Below are positions 1 through 12,061 of a stretch of DNA of 64,000 bases, piece after piece. Position numbers and translations under genes: made by a program. The stretch spans positions 62,001 through 126,000 of the forward strand of contig MCFE01000152.1 of assembly GCA_002104905.1 (NCBI GenBank). The letters are read 5' to 3'. Position 1 is the stretch's first letter. Each line of letters opens with the position of its first letter. The DNA is from Basidiobolus meristosporus CBS 931.73 (taxonomy: Eukaryota > Fungi > Basidiobolomycota). A model generated the notes under the pieces. It saw only the letters and a list, made by a program, of their open reading frames with translations. It was not told the DNA's origin and ran no database searches.

Positions 1-514
1 TTTTGAAACATTAATAGGCACACACAGGGGTTGCAGCACTTATTCAAGAGCAGTGCTGAAGAAAACACACTGGAATATGGCAAGGATTTATTCCAAAGAT
101 TGGCAGATGAGGAGCTAGATCTTGCAGTACCAGCTGAGGACCAGGACATGTGGGAACCAGTGAATGAACAGTGGCATAAAGCCATTGGGTTGTATACACA
201 AGAAGTAAGAGAAACAGTTGAGTCAGGAAGTAAGGAGTGGGAAACAAAGGCACTAACCAATCATTGTACACAAACATAGAAGGTGATTGATTGTCTAGGA
301 TCAGAAAATGAGCAAATTGGCAGGGAACCAATTAACAGCCATTAATATATTTCTGAGATGAAAAATCCTGACTCAGTTTTTTGTGATATATGTTGTGAAA
401 TTATTTTTCAACAGTCTCTGCACAGCGTCCTGATGAGATCAGTACCTCTTAGTCATGGGACTTTTAATTTGTAACGGCCTTTTGATCGGATCATCACAAT
501 AATTTTTCATAGGG
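1..514 (+). mobile_element. Right end of a CACTA/EnSpm-like element (accessory-ORF tail plus right TIR)
   Basis: 1-514 aligns with ~31441-32138, lacking a ~200-bp internal segment. ORF 31..279 matches the C-terminus of ORF 30683..31825. It ends in ...AATTTTTCATAGGG, the inverse of the CCCT(A/G)TGAAAAA terminus. Confidence 0.8.
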
Positions 515-2196
515 AAGAGCTTTCCACTGGGAGCAATGTATTTGCGTTTCAGCAACATCCCTATACTGGTGACCAGGTTTTACATAGGGCATTTAAGCTA
601 AATGAGCCCTTTGAGATACTGGAGACATTTGAAAAAACTGGCATGACATTACAGAGTATCTGCTACTGTAAGTATATCTTACAAGCTCCAATCAACATTG
701 ATACACATATTCATCTATGCAAGTAAAAGGACTGGATGAACTGGATATATATTTATTCAAGTGGCCTTCTGATGCAATTTCTACAAGGAGCAAATTGAAA
801 GCATTGGGAGTCATATGCAGACATTGTAGGAATACTTATCCAGAAACAGATCACCAATGGCAACTTGATGCATCTACAGCTTTTATGCAAAGCATCTGTA
901 ACAGTATTTGAGCAGCTATACTACAAACATATAGCTGAACACATAGATCTCTGCCGCTACTGTATCCATTTGCTACTCCATCTTGCTTGATGTGCTGAGT
1001 ATATTGGGCTTGCTTCACCTTTTGGGAGTTTCCTATGGAGCAGGTGTGTGTGGTGATAGGAAGACAAGTCAAGTTGCAGGTACTACTGTACCCCAATCTC
1101 ATCAAGAATATTACCTTCAAGTCTGTGATGGATGTGATGAGTTGGCACATGGAGGACAGCCAGGAAGAGTTGCAAAATACAGAGGACAGATATGCACATG
1201 GTGACACCTCTGCCTGTGGCATTAAGAAGCTAAGCAGCCCCTATGTGTGGATAATCAGTTGAGTAATGCAAAGTTGGGTTGGGTGCAACAAGCAACAAAT
1301 TCCTATTAGGAATACTCTACCAAAGTATGCCAGGTTCCTCTTGGTCACAAGCCCATTTCTACATTGTTCAATACAGAATTCACACAAACAAGAGCCAGAG
1401 TGCACCTATAAGGGGGACTAGAATCCAGCAGGGAGAAGGAATATATTAGCTAAATACCAGGAAGTTTTTTGTTTGATATTCAGGAGGTATTTATGGCAGA
1501 AGTGGTGGCAACCATTCATATGTTTGCAAGATGTATATATTACCAACTATACAAGGTATATGACAACTTTGCAAGTATCACACTAAAAAGCTGTAAAGTA
1601 GAGGCAATAGAAGTATGTCAACTGTGGCAGGTGTGCAGGTTTGTAGAGGTTAGTAGGCAGGAGGCCATGGTATTTATAGATTTTGGCTATATGTGGAATA
1701 CCCATTGTAGTAGTGGGTAAGCAAATAAAGAGGGGTGATTCTACAATGGAATATATGAAATGCACAAGGGGAGGTTTAAAAGGAAGTACTATTGAGTACA
1801 TTGGTAGGGTTGAATTGCACAGAACTAGCTATAGGCCACCTCACTGCCAATATAACAGCATCAGAGGCGTGCTAAGAGGCTGTCAAAATACAGTTAATTT
1901 TTCTACTATACAAGGCAATTGGATGTACTGGGGTGTTATATACACTCAAATAGTCATAGAGCACACTATGACTGCAACAATGACATGCTATGCTTAGCAA
2001 AACACTGTACAGACATTGTCATGTTCTTTAGGCTTATTTGGTGGTAAAATAAGCCAAATGCTGTTGTGATCCCAATATACAATTGTGTAGATGGTCATTA
2101 ATTCCAAGCTGCTAGTAATATTGCGGTATCCCAATGAGATCTTGATCACCAATCCCGATTGTATCCACCTGTGGGACCAAATTGTTTTTCATAGAG
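515..2196 (+). mobile_element. Decayed CACTA (Tnp2-type) transposase 3' part and left TIR, opposite orientation to the element ending at 514
   Basis: Reverse-complement homology to ~26141-27830. It ends in TTGTTTTTCATAGAG (TIR variant) at 2196. Many stops and frameshifts. Confidence 0.8.
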
Positions 2197-4565
2197 CATG
2201 GTGGAGAGAGAAACTGGTGAAATAATCAAGGAAAATGCATTGACACTGTTGGAGAATATACCTTGAAACTCTTCATCCACTTCTGCAAAATTCATGGGAA
2301 AAAGTAAGAGACTACTGTACCATACTCCCCACAGTAAAATGGCGTAGTGGAATGTGCAAACAGATTAATAGTTGATATGGCAAGATCTTTGATCCATGAT
2401 CCAAAATTATCCTATAATCTTGGGTGGAATCAGTTGCCACAGCTGTATACCTTCAAAATAGGAGTTATAACAGAATACTTTGTGATTCAATTCTGCTTAA
2501 AGTACAGTATGGACATAGACCAAGTACAGAGCTTGTGAGAATATTTGGGTGTGCAGCATATGCTAACAAACAGCAGGGAAATAAGTCAAGATTTTGGCCA
2601 AAAAGTGTAAAATGCTCAATTTGGGCTACTGCAATGACAGTATAGCATACAGATTCTACAATACCAAAGCAAAGAAGCTGAGCAAGTCAATGGATGTGTT
2701 GTCTCACAGGAAGTCACAATATTTACAAAAAATAACATTAGATGATATAGAAAATATGAACTCAAGTCCAACAACAGTCATGCTTGAACCAGAGCAAACC
2801 AGTTAGAGCTTTTCCCCCCAGAGGATGCTACAACCATGGGTCAGCCTGAATCAGTGCCCAGGGATATTTCCAAAGTGATCATTTCAGTATCTCTAACCAG
2901 GAGATCCAACCTAACTACAAATAGCCCAAGCTACTATATCAATGAGGGGACAAACTTTGCCTTTACCTCTTCAGTCCATGTTGATGAGCCCCAGGCTGTA
3001 AAAGAAGCCCTAAATAGCCCTCAGACAAAGTTTTGGAGATCTGCAATGACTGAGGAGTATCAGACCCTGATGGAAAATTAGACTTAGGGGTTAGTCAAAT
3101 TACCAGTCAACCAAAATCAATTGCATGCAGATGGGTCTTTAAGACAAAATACACAGCTGAAGGTACAATCAAAAGATATCAAGCAAGACTTGTGGCCAAA
3201 GGATATTTGCAAACAAAAGGGCTTGACTATACTAATACCTTTGCACCAGTAGCCAAGTTTAATTCCACAATATTAATATTGGCTATTGCAGCCAAATAAA
3301 AGTTTTTATATATCAAATGGATGTATAAACTGCATTTTGAATGTAGAAACTGATGCGTACATATACATGGGACAGCCTGATGGGTATATTAACCAAGATA
3401 ACCCCCATTTGGTCTGCAAACCCAAAAGATCTCTATATGGACTCAAACAAGCACCAAGAGCCTGGAACTGCACAATAGATTTGTATTTGGAATAATTGAG
3501 TTTCAAGAGAAGTAATGCCAACTACAATATATACTATAAGCCATAGAGAGCAAATTCTATTCTATTAGATATATATGGATGATCTTACTATAGCTACCAA
3601 TAACCTACAAACATTAGAAGAAACTGTATCCAGCCTATCTAAAGAGTCCAAGATGCTTGATCTTGGAGAACTCAGTTGCTACTTAAAGATAAAGTTCTTC
3701 ATAGACAGAAGTACCCAAACTATTACTCATAGCCAATCCAAGTATACTCAAGATATATTAATCAAGTACCAAATGGAAGTCTGAAACTGGCTGCTACCCC
3801 AATGTAGACAAACCTTGACTTAGTCAAGACTCAACCAAATTAAGAGTGCTTGGAGCCATCTGAAAGTCCTGACTTTCCTAATCAATACATGACTGGCAGT
3901 CTGAAATATATCATGCTTGGAACATATCCAGATGTCTCATACTCAATGGGAGTTGTTAACCAGCACAATGAGAAGTATAGGTCTGATCCTATTGCTACAG
4001 TTAAATAGATCTTTGGATATCTAAAAGGAACTGCTGGTATCTGCTTAGCATGCACTTATAAGAACTCAGAACAGGATCTTGTTGGATATTCTGATGCTGG
4101 TTGGAGACTAAGCTCAAAAGATAGAAGATTGACCAGAGGATGCACCTTTCTATACTGTCAAAGAGCAATTTCATGGAATTCAAGAGAGCAACAAACTGTA
4201 GCACTTTCTACCACAGAGGCAGAGTATATTACGGCCTGTGAAGCTATGAAAGTAGTAATGTGGTTAACAAAGCTTTTTGCAGATTTGGGCCTATGTCAAA
4301 AATGTCTTTTACTTTATTGCAAGATAATCAAAGATGTATACAATTATGTAGAAACCCAACTTTTCATGCTGGAACTAAGTACATAGGAGTTAAACATCAT
4401 TTCATATGAGGAGCTAATGATAACAACTTAGTTAGCTTAGCTTACTCACCTTCAGATGAAATGATTGCAAACATATTGACCAAACCTTTGGCCAGAAACA
4501 AGTTTGTAGTATCTTTGTTCAAAATTAGAACTAGTCATTTAGAGCATTCAGATGAGTGGGAGTAT
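2197..4565 (+). pseudogene. Ty1/copia pol remnant (integrase, RT, RNase H)
   Basis: Copia motifs include TVPYSPQ*NGVVECANR, QARLVAKGY, SLYGLKQAPRAWN, YMDDL and SREQQTVALSTTEAEY. Domain order is INT-RT-RH. A PPT (GAGTGGGAG) precedes the LTR. Confidence 0.9.
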
Positions 4566-4903
4566 TGTAAGAAACTTGTAATTCCACTTAAATTATCACC
4601 TAACTTAGTCACATAGATCATTATCTTCAAATCCTAGTGAATTCTGGCCAAATCCCTTGTTGGAAGTTACTTAGGGTTAGGGTAATATCAGGTACCCAGA
4701 ACATGAAAATAAGATTGGTTGTCCAACAGCCCTAAGCTTTACACACATGCTCTTGGGACCTTCCTAAGTCTATTCTACATGTTTGCAATGCCAAGATCAT
4801 GTAAAAGTATAAATACTACTTTCACATTCAATAAATCATTGAGTCAAAACCACATAATATACTTGTCCTCCCAATCACCTGCAATATCTCCTAAACTTTT
4901 ACA
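4566..4903 (+). repeat. Copia 3' LTR (~338 bp, TGTAA...TTACA)
   Basis: Follows the PPT, has TG...CA inverted termini, and homologous copies recur across the window. Confidence 0.85.
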
Positions 4904-5292
4904 ACCAGAAGTACTTTGGGTAGCAGATACTAATTAACATCTTGCTAACTCTTTCAAATTTTGGTGGTATCTCTAAGGGCTCATTCAGCTTGAGATGCCC
5001 CATGTATAACTTGGGCATTAGTGTAGGGATATTGTTGAAAATTAAATGCATTGCTCCCAGTCAAAAGCTTTTGCTTCAATAGACACCTGCTAGTTTAGAT
5101 ATCTCAGATTTCTGATCAGTGCATATTGCAGCCAATGGCTTAAAGCTTACCAACTTTGCTGCAATTGCATGCTGACTTCTGTACATTCCCTCTGTGTGAA
5201 TATGATCTTCTTAGTGTTGGTGTCTGGATTTTAATAATGTGTGTGAGTTATGGAGTAAATTCCCTGTATCTTGCACATTCAGCAGTAATACC

Positions 5293-5670
5293 TGTGGGCT
5301 ATTACTGACTGTACTTTGTGAGTGGGAGAGCTTGTAGGTCAAGTCAGTACCACTTGGATCAGAATAGCTTTCAATAGAAGGTAGCAAGGTAATAAAGACT
5401 TGTGTTTATTCCATCCAAATCCTCTTCTCCTTTTACTTGGTTCAATTGGATAGGCATATATATATCACTTGGGGGGGTTAGATAATAGATAATGTGTTAT
5501 AAAATAGGGGTGTGAGCACCTTCCTGTTATGGTAAGTGTTCTAACTACATAAGAGCAGGGATAGGAGGGAGGGCATGTTGTGGATTCATAGGGAGTATAC
5601 TGTGGGACTTCAGGTAGGACTTTGGGGAGAACTCTTGGGCAAAGTGTGGGTACAATAATTAGTACTCACA
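5293..5670 (-). repeat. Ty3-A 3' LTR
   Basis: Direct repeat of 19878-20253, visibly diverged. Confidence 0.9.
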
Positions 5671-5681
5671 TATCCCAGGGG

Positions 5682-6925
5682 TTAAGAGGGGGCTTTATCC
5701 TCAGAGTTCTTTGACCAACTTGCTTCTCCAGGGTCAGTTTCATTTATGGAGCATGAGGAGTCACCATAGTACCAATGCTGCTTGTCACCTGCAAGGGGGT
5801 TGCAGGCAAGTACCTGACACCATTTGGTGGCTGAGTGGGGTGCAGCTTGAGTTGCTTGATGGATGTTTTCCACATAGCCAAATTGTTTGCAAACCATAGG
5901 GTTCTGGGTAAGTTCCTTGGGAGGGTTGGAGAGCAAGAAGAGGTGCAATAGCACAATAAAGTCTTGCTTCTTTATCTTAGAAACATTGTTGGGGCTTGTC
6001 CTTTTTGGGTCCAATATGCCAGCAGGGGACCTTTGAAGAGGTCATACACTTGGTTGGCAGTCACCCATTGTCAGTAACAAGTTTTTGCTCCTTCCAAGAC
6101 ATATTGTTGTTCTTCCATAGAAACTGTGGCACAATTGAGGCACTTTTGCACTTGCCTCATGGCTTCTACAGAGTCCATGGTGGTTTCTTTGGCTTCTTGG
6201 AGCTGGACTTTGTACTGGTTCCTGAGTTGTCCTACAGTAAACCACTGTAATAGATGTAATACAGCAACTTAGTGGATTGCATGTGTTAACAAGCCAGTGT
6301 ATTTAATCAGTCTTCATATCTTCTCTAAGATGGTTTCTTCTTGGAAATGAGCTTCAAGATGTTTGCAAATTTCTTGGTGGAGTCCTTCTATTGGGGGTTC
6401 TACTTCTGGTGCTCTTGCAGCTTGTACCAGGTCTGCGTATACTTCAACAACTGTGGTACCTATTAATGGCAAGTATGCAACAAAACAGGTAGGCTCTCAA
6501 GGTCTTGTGAGGGCACAACAGTTGATTCCTTGTGTCTTCTGTTTGACTGTGTCCAGTATGGATACAGGAATCAGTGCAGCATCCTTCTCCTTAATGATCA
6601 AGGAACCTCCTCTTAGGTGGGACACCATCTTCTTGGGTAGTATCTCCATGCTTTGTATTGGCGTATGTAACTTGTCTTGTCCCTCTCTGATTGTGTCTTG
6701 TATCAACATGACTGCTCTGGCAAACAACTCTTCATAGGTGGCTCTTGTTGCACATAATGCTTGTACCATATCTCTCAACACTTGCAGGTTGGTCTTGTTT
6801 TTGATATCATCTTGATTCTTGCTGATGGGTGGGTATTGCCTATTTTGGGTGAACTGTTTCCTTTGGCGCTTTCCATATGCATTCTTTTGTTCTCCCCTTT
6901 AGGCAAACTTCCTTGCGCATATCAT
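5682..6925 (-). pseudogene. Decayed extra ORF (~390 codons) between the Ty3-A integrase and 3' LTR, unknown function
   Basis: A single frame from ATG 6925 to ~5744 is broken only by isolated TGA/TAA stops and includes ORFs 6497..6781 and 5744..5956. A possible frameshift near 5990 leads into 5682..6014. Confidence 0.6.
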
Positions 6926-7039
6926 TTGTACCTATATTGGCTAAAATCTCCTTTAATAAACTTTGTATTTATCCTGTGTCTTCCTCTATCCTTTTCTTGA
7001 TAATTGTTTAATCACACTTTGGTTTCAGTGATGATTGGT

Positions 7040-10000
7040 GGATCATCATGAAACAGTTTCAGATGGGCTGGCGCTATGTTGCTGATTGTTTCATTGTTCA
7101 GGGTGATGGTGTACTTTGGCCCATGGTCCAAACTAATAACAGTGCAAGGGCCAATCCATTGGGGTGCAAATTATGGGCAAAACTTGAGGCCTGCAACTGT
7201 TTGGTTGTACCACACTTTATTGCCTGGTTTCCACTTTTGCCCTGTTAGTTTCTCATTTTTGGGCGGAGGGGGAAGGTGCTTGTCAACATTTTCAAATACT
7301 TTTATGTATAGGTGGGCAATACAATGTATCAACCTTTCTACATAGTTGTTATTTGTTGTTGTGGGGACATCATTCATTGTCAGTGCAGCTTCTTCATGCC
7401 ACTTGGGCCTTTGTCCATAAAGAACTTTGTATGGCAGAAACCTGTCACTTTATTTGATGTTGTACATATTGCTAGGAGTGTCAGTAGGAGCAGCTTGGCC
7501 CATGACTGGAGAAGTTCCCAGTGGAGCTTCTCTAGTATGTGGCAACAAATCTGGTTCATCCTCTTAGTTAATCTGTTGGTCTGGGGGTGATATGCAGCTG
7601 TAAAGACCTGTTTCACGCCCATCATTTTGCACACATAGGCCACTGCGTTGTTCAGGAAGGAACCACCATTGTTGGACAGGAGTATCTGAGGATATCTGTG
7701 CTGGCAGATGAGGTGTTCTAGAATGTATTGGGCAGTTGTCTCCTGATCTTTATTTTGGAGGGCTTGGACTTCTACCCATTTTGAGAAATAATTGGTAGCA
7801 ATTATTATATACTGTTCTCCTTTCTTTGTTTTCATAAAGGGGCCAACAAAGTCAATCCCTACCTGGTGGAAGGGCAGGTCAAGCAGTATTGGTGCAGTTG
7901 TCCCTATCTTCTGACTCCGGTTAATTCTTTTACAGTTGAAGCTTCTTTGTAACGTGTTCACAATGTCAGTCATCATTTTTTTCCAAAAAAACATCTTTCT
8001 TAACATCTTATATGCTGTCAGGGGGTTAGCGTGTCCTAATGATATAAATGCTTCTTGTATGATTTTGTTGCAGGCAGTTACTGGGGGTACCTCAGCTCTG
8101 AACTGTCCTTGGGGGAACCATAATTGGTTTTCTTGTACTTTGTACTGACACCTTTTCCTTCAAAAGTCTCTCTTCTGCTTGTTTGTAACAACATGTTTGG
8201 GATACTTCCCTCTTCTTTGAAAGCAGATTACATCCTTGTAGTCATTGCTGACACATTTTTGGCAAACAGGATAGCAACTGAGGAAGTCTGCATCTTGGTG
8301 TTTGTTGCCAGCGCAATGAATTATTTTGAAGTTGTATTCTTGTAGTTGGAGGGCCCAATATGCTAGTTGACAAGTAAAGTCTTTAGTTCTCATCAGCCAG
8401 ACCAGTGCGCTGTGGTAGGGTCAACATACCTCCCACAGAGATGTTTATTCATATAGTCATTATGATATACTTATCCATATTTTATCTTATCAACATTATC
8501 CCATTTTTCTTTTGTCCTTATTATCAGTATTATCCCCATATGATGTTTACCCTGATTAGTTATTAGCATTAGTTATCCCAGATGTTATTCAGCTTTGTGA
8601 TCAGTAGATGTGTCTATATAAGGCAAGTACCCCTGTCAGTATTGTAACACATGACCTGGGTCTGTGTTACCATCCCTGCCATTTCAATACCATATATGGT
8701 ATTTCTATGTTGAACAGGATTCAGACTACTGATTCCTGATTGGTTGGATGTGCTGTGCCCTTTAGAACCTTCCAGGACATTCTTGGCATATTTTTAGCTC
8801 ATAGTGATGTCATCAAGAATTCCACTGATTCCTAGAATCTTCTAGAACCTTGTCATCAGTAATGACTTGGCAATCAGGAAAAGTATTTAAGGGAAAGCAA
8901 TCCCTCATCAATAAATCATTGCTTCTATCAGTAACACTTCTACCTTATTGATTAGCAGTTGATCACTGCACCTGCCTTCAACAGTACATCTCAGACCTGC
9001 CATCAAGGAGCTTTTCAGGGTAGTGCACAAGACACACAGAGGCCTTTGGAGACACTTGGAGCACCTAGGAAGCTAGAGAAGCAGGAGCTTTTACCATAGA
9101 GACATATTGACAAAGACACCAGCAGTTTAGATACAGAGGTTATTGCACCTGTCAGACACCTCACACACCTTGAGTTGTGTAGCTTCTCTCAGGAGTACCT
9201 CTACACCACCACAGCGCTGTGGTCTGTTACTATTGTGAATTGGCAACAATGTATATATGTATGGAATTGTTAAATTGAATAAGTAACAGCCAGACATTCT
9301 ATTGTGGTAACAAGGTAGTGATGTTTATATTTGTTTAGCAGATGGCTCACGTAAATTGGGTGGAATTTGCTGGGTTGGTGGTATTGTCCCAGTATGGCAC
9401 CTATACCAGTGAGACTTCCATCACAGTTAATGAAAAATCTTGCATCCCAATTGGGAAAAAGTAACACTGGCAGTGATGTCAGGGAACATTTCAGCTGATT
9501 GAATGCTCTTTTTTGAGGCTCCAACCACACAAAACACTGGCCTTTTTGCGTCAATTTGTACAGGGGGGCTGCTATTGTTGCCAAGCTTTTGACAAAGCGG
9601 CAATAGTAGCTGGCTAATCCTAGGAATCCCAACACTGCATTAATATCCTTTGGTGTAGGTGTTTCTTGAGCAGCTTTTAGGAGCAAAGTAAATGGGTGTG
9701 TCCCATCCGCCAAGATCTTGTGGTCCAGGAACAACAATTTTGTATACAGGAAATGGCACTTCTTGGGATGTAGTTTGAGTGGGTTCTCTAGGAGGGCTGT
9801 CAGGATACATTGCATGTTGTGTATATGTTCTTCTACATCAGGGGAATATATTGTGATGTTGTCCAGATACACAAGAGTGCATTCCCATTGTAAATTTCCT
9901 AGCACCTTGTCAGTCATCCTTTGGAATGTTGCAGGGGCATTGCACAAGCCAAAGGGTAGTTGGTTCCATTTGTATAATCCAAACAATACTATAAAAGCGG

Positions 10001-11590
10001 TTTTGGGTTGATCTTCTGTGGCTACTTCTACTTGCCAATACCCAGAGATTAAGTCAAGAGGGCTAAAATACTTAGCTCCAATTAATCTGTCCAAAAGGTT
10101 ATCTATTAGCGGTAGCAGATACATGTCCCTCTAGGTGACAGCATTCTATTTTTGGTAGTCGTTGCAAAAGTGCTGCTTTCCGTCTTTCTTTGGAACTAGC
10201 ACTACTGGGGATGCCCACAGAGACTGGCTCTCTGTAATGATGTCATCTTATAATAAAGTTTCAATTGTCTCTTTGATGTAGTCCATGTCAATTTTTGAGT
10301 TCCTATAGGCTTTTTGCTTGACAGGGTATTTGTTGGCAAGGTGGATTTGGTAATATACCCCCAGTATATGACCAATTACTTGGTTCTTAGAGAATACTTG
10401 GGCAAGCGGGCATATTCCTTCTAGGAACTTGTCTTATAATGCAGGTGGTAGACTGGGGTTCATGTCTAGTTGGGGGGTTCTTCTTCTGGTTCCTTGTTTC
10501 AGATGGTCCTTGGTTGTTTCTGTCAACTTCCTCCAGGTTTAACAATGGCACTCCTCTGGGCAATGTCACCGTGTGTTGCCTGTTGTTAACTACTAAGCAC
10601 TTCAGACTTTGCATTTCAAATTTTGGCAGTATCCATATTCTAGGGATTGAGATTCCTTCCAGTTGCTTGGATGCCTTTGCTGAGTTATCATTCTTCCACT
10701 TGTCAAATAAGGTATTGGTGTCTCTAATGAGATCACTGTCTCACTGGCAGGTGGTATTTTGATCACCTTCTGTGTGATGATCAAAGGCTGTGACGGTTTC
10801 ACCTCTTCAATTGTCGCACTCTTGCAATGCGCCTTGCTCTCATTGGTGATATGAATCAGTGGGATACTCTTGGTTTCCCACCTGAGTTCAGATGCACTGT
10901 ACAGTATATCCATCTTATGTTGGATAAACCAACTCTCACCAATGAGTAAGCTGTTGGCTGCAATGGGTAGGCCCACAACATCTTGGTGTATAATCAAGAT
11001 GCCTAGCCGGATGGGGCAATTAGGCACCACTCCTACTGTTGTGTCCAGTTGCTTATTTGCTAGCCATACCTGAATGGTGTCATTGGGGACTATATCTGAC
11101 TTTATATGTTCTGCTAATGATTCTTACATGATTAACATAGAGAATCCTGTGTTGATAAGGACAAGAATCTCCTTATTCTCTATATGTACCTTTATGTATG
11201 TACCTTTATTTGGTTTTTGAAGGACTGTCTGGTAGACATGATGTGTCATTATCTCCTTCAGTCTCTCTATCAGTTCCTTGACTAGAGCTGGGGCTAGCCC
11301 CAGTAAATTAGCTATTGGGAGGGTTGCCTTGGTTTGCTCTAGTACCTTCATTATGGGGAATAGGCTGTGGGAAGATGTACTAGCATTCTTTGTTTGCTTC
11401 AACACTTCTTCTCAAGGCTCATTCTGTATCTCTTCACCTAATTTCATATTCTTTCCTTTTGATGGTGTGGTGGTGTATAGGTCCAAGGGAGAGATACATC
11501 CAACACTTCTCAAGTGTTTTGTGTGTGGGGTGTTCACTGGGTGCAATAACCTCTGGCAAAAGCTTGCTAGGAATACTTGGGTTCTGTCTC
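7040..11590 (-). pseudogene. Ty3-A pol (PR, RT, RNase H, integrase), disrupted
   Basis: ORFs 11124..11405 (protease, LINTG), 9270..10124 (RT/RH), 8160..8393, 7380..8006 (rve) and 7171..7377. Removing the 8411-9213 LTR restores IVTDHSALVWL. Confidence 0.9.
8411..9213 (+). mobile_element. Solo LTR (803 bp, TGTGGT...ACCACA) with 4-bp TSD GCGC
   Basis: Perfect 6-bp inverted termini, GCGC at 8407-8410 and 9214-9217, and it interrupts the RNase H codons. Confidence 0.9.
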
Positions 11591-12061
11591 TAATCTAATG
11601 TGATGGGGAATAAAGCCACAAGCTTGTCAAGGGAAAACTATTGAGCTACAATCCCTAACTTAGTTGGCATCTTAACAAAAGTATGTGCGGGGTTCAGCAT
11701 CCTTTGAGATGACAATGTACTAAAGCTTCCAAAGTCAAAACAACTGTAAACTCCACCAGCAGGGACTTGATAAGAATGCAGCTGTGGTCAATAGCTACAA
11801 AGACCAAAAAGTATCTTTGCCTGTACAAGAGCAAACTTGGAAAAGAATCAAATATAATAAAAGATATCTACTCTGAGTATTCCTCACAAGTAGTGTCTCC
11901 AAGGTCAGTTGGCTGTCAGCACAGTTTCCTGGGAGTGTCCTGTGGTCTGGGGTTGGAAGTTCAGACAGCAGCAGGTAGCAGTGATCATACTAGTCAACAA
12001 GTTGGTATATTGATAAAAGGGATGAGGATTTATTGTTGGGGGATAGCCTCCCTCATATACT

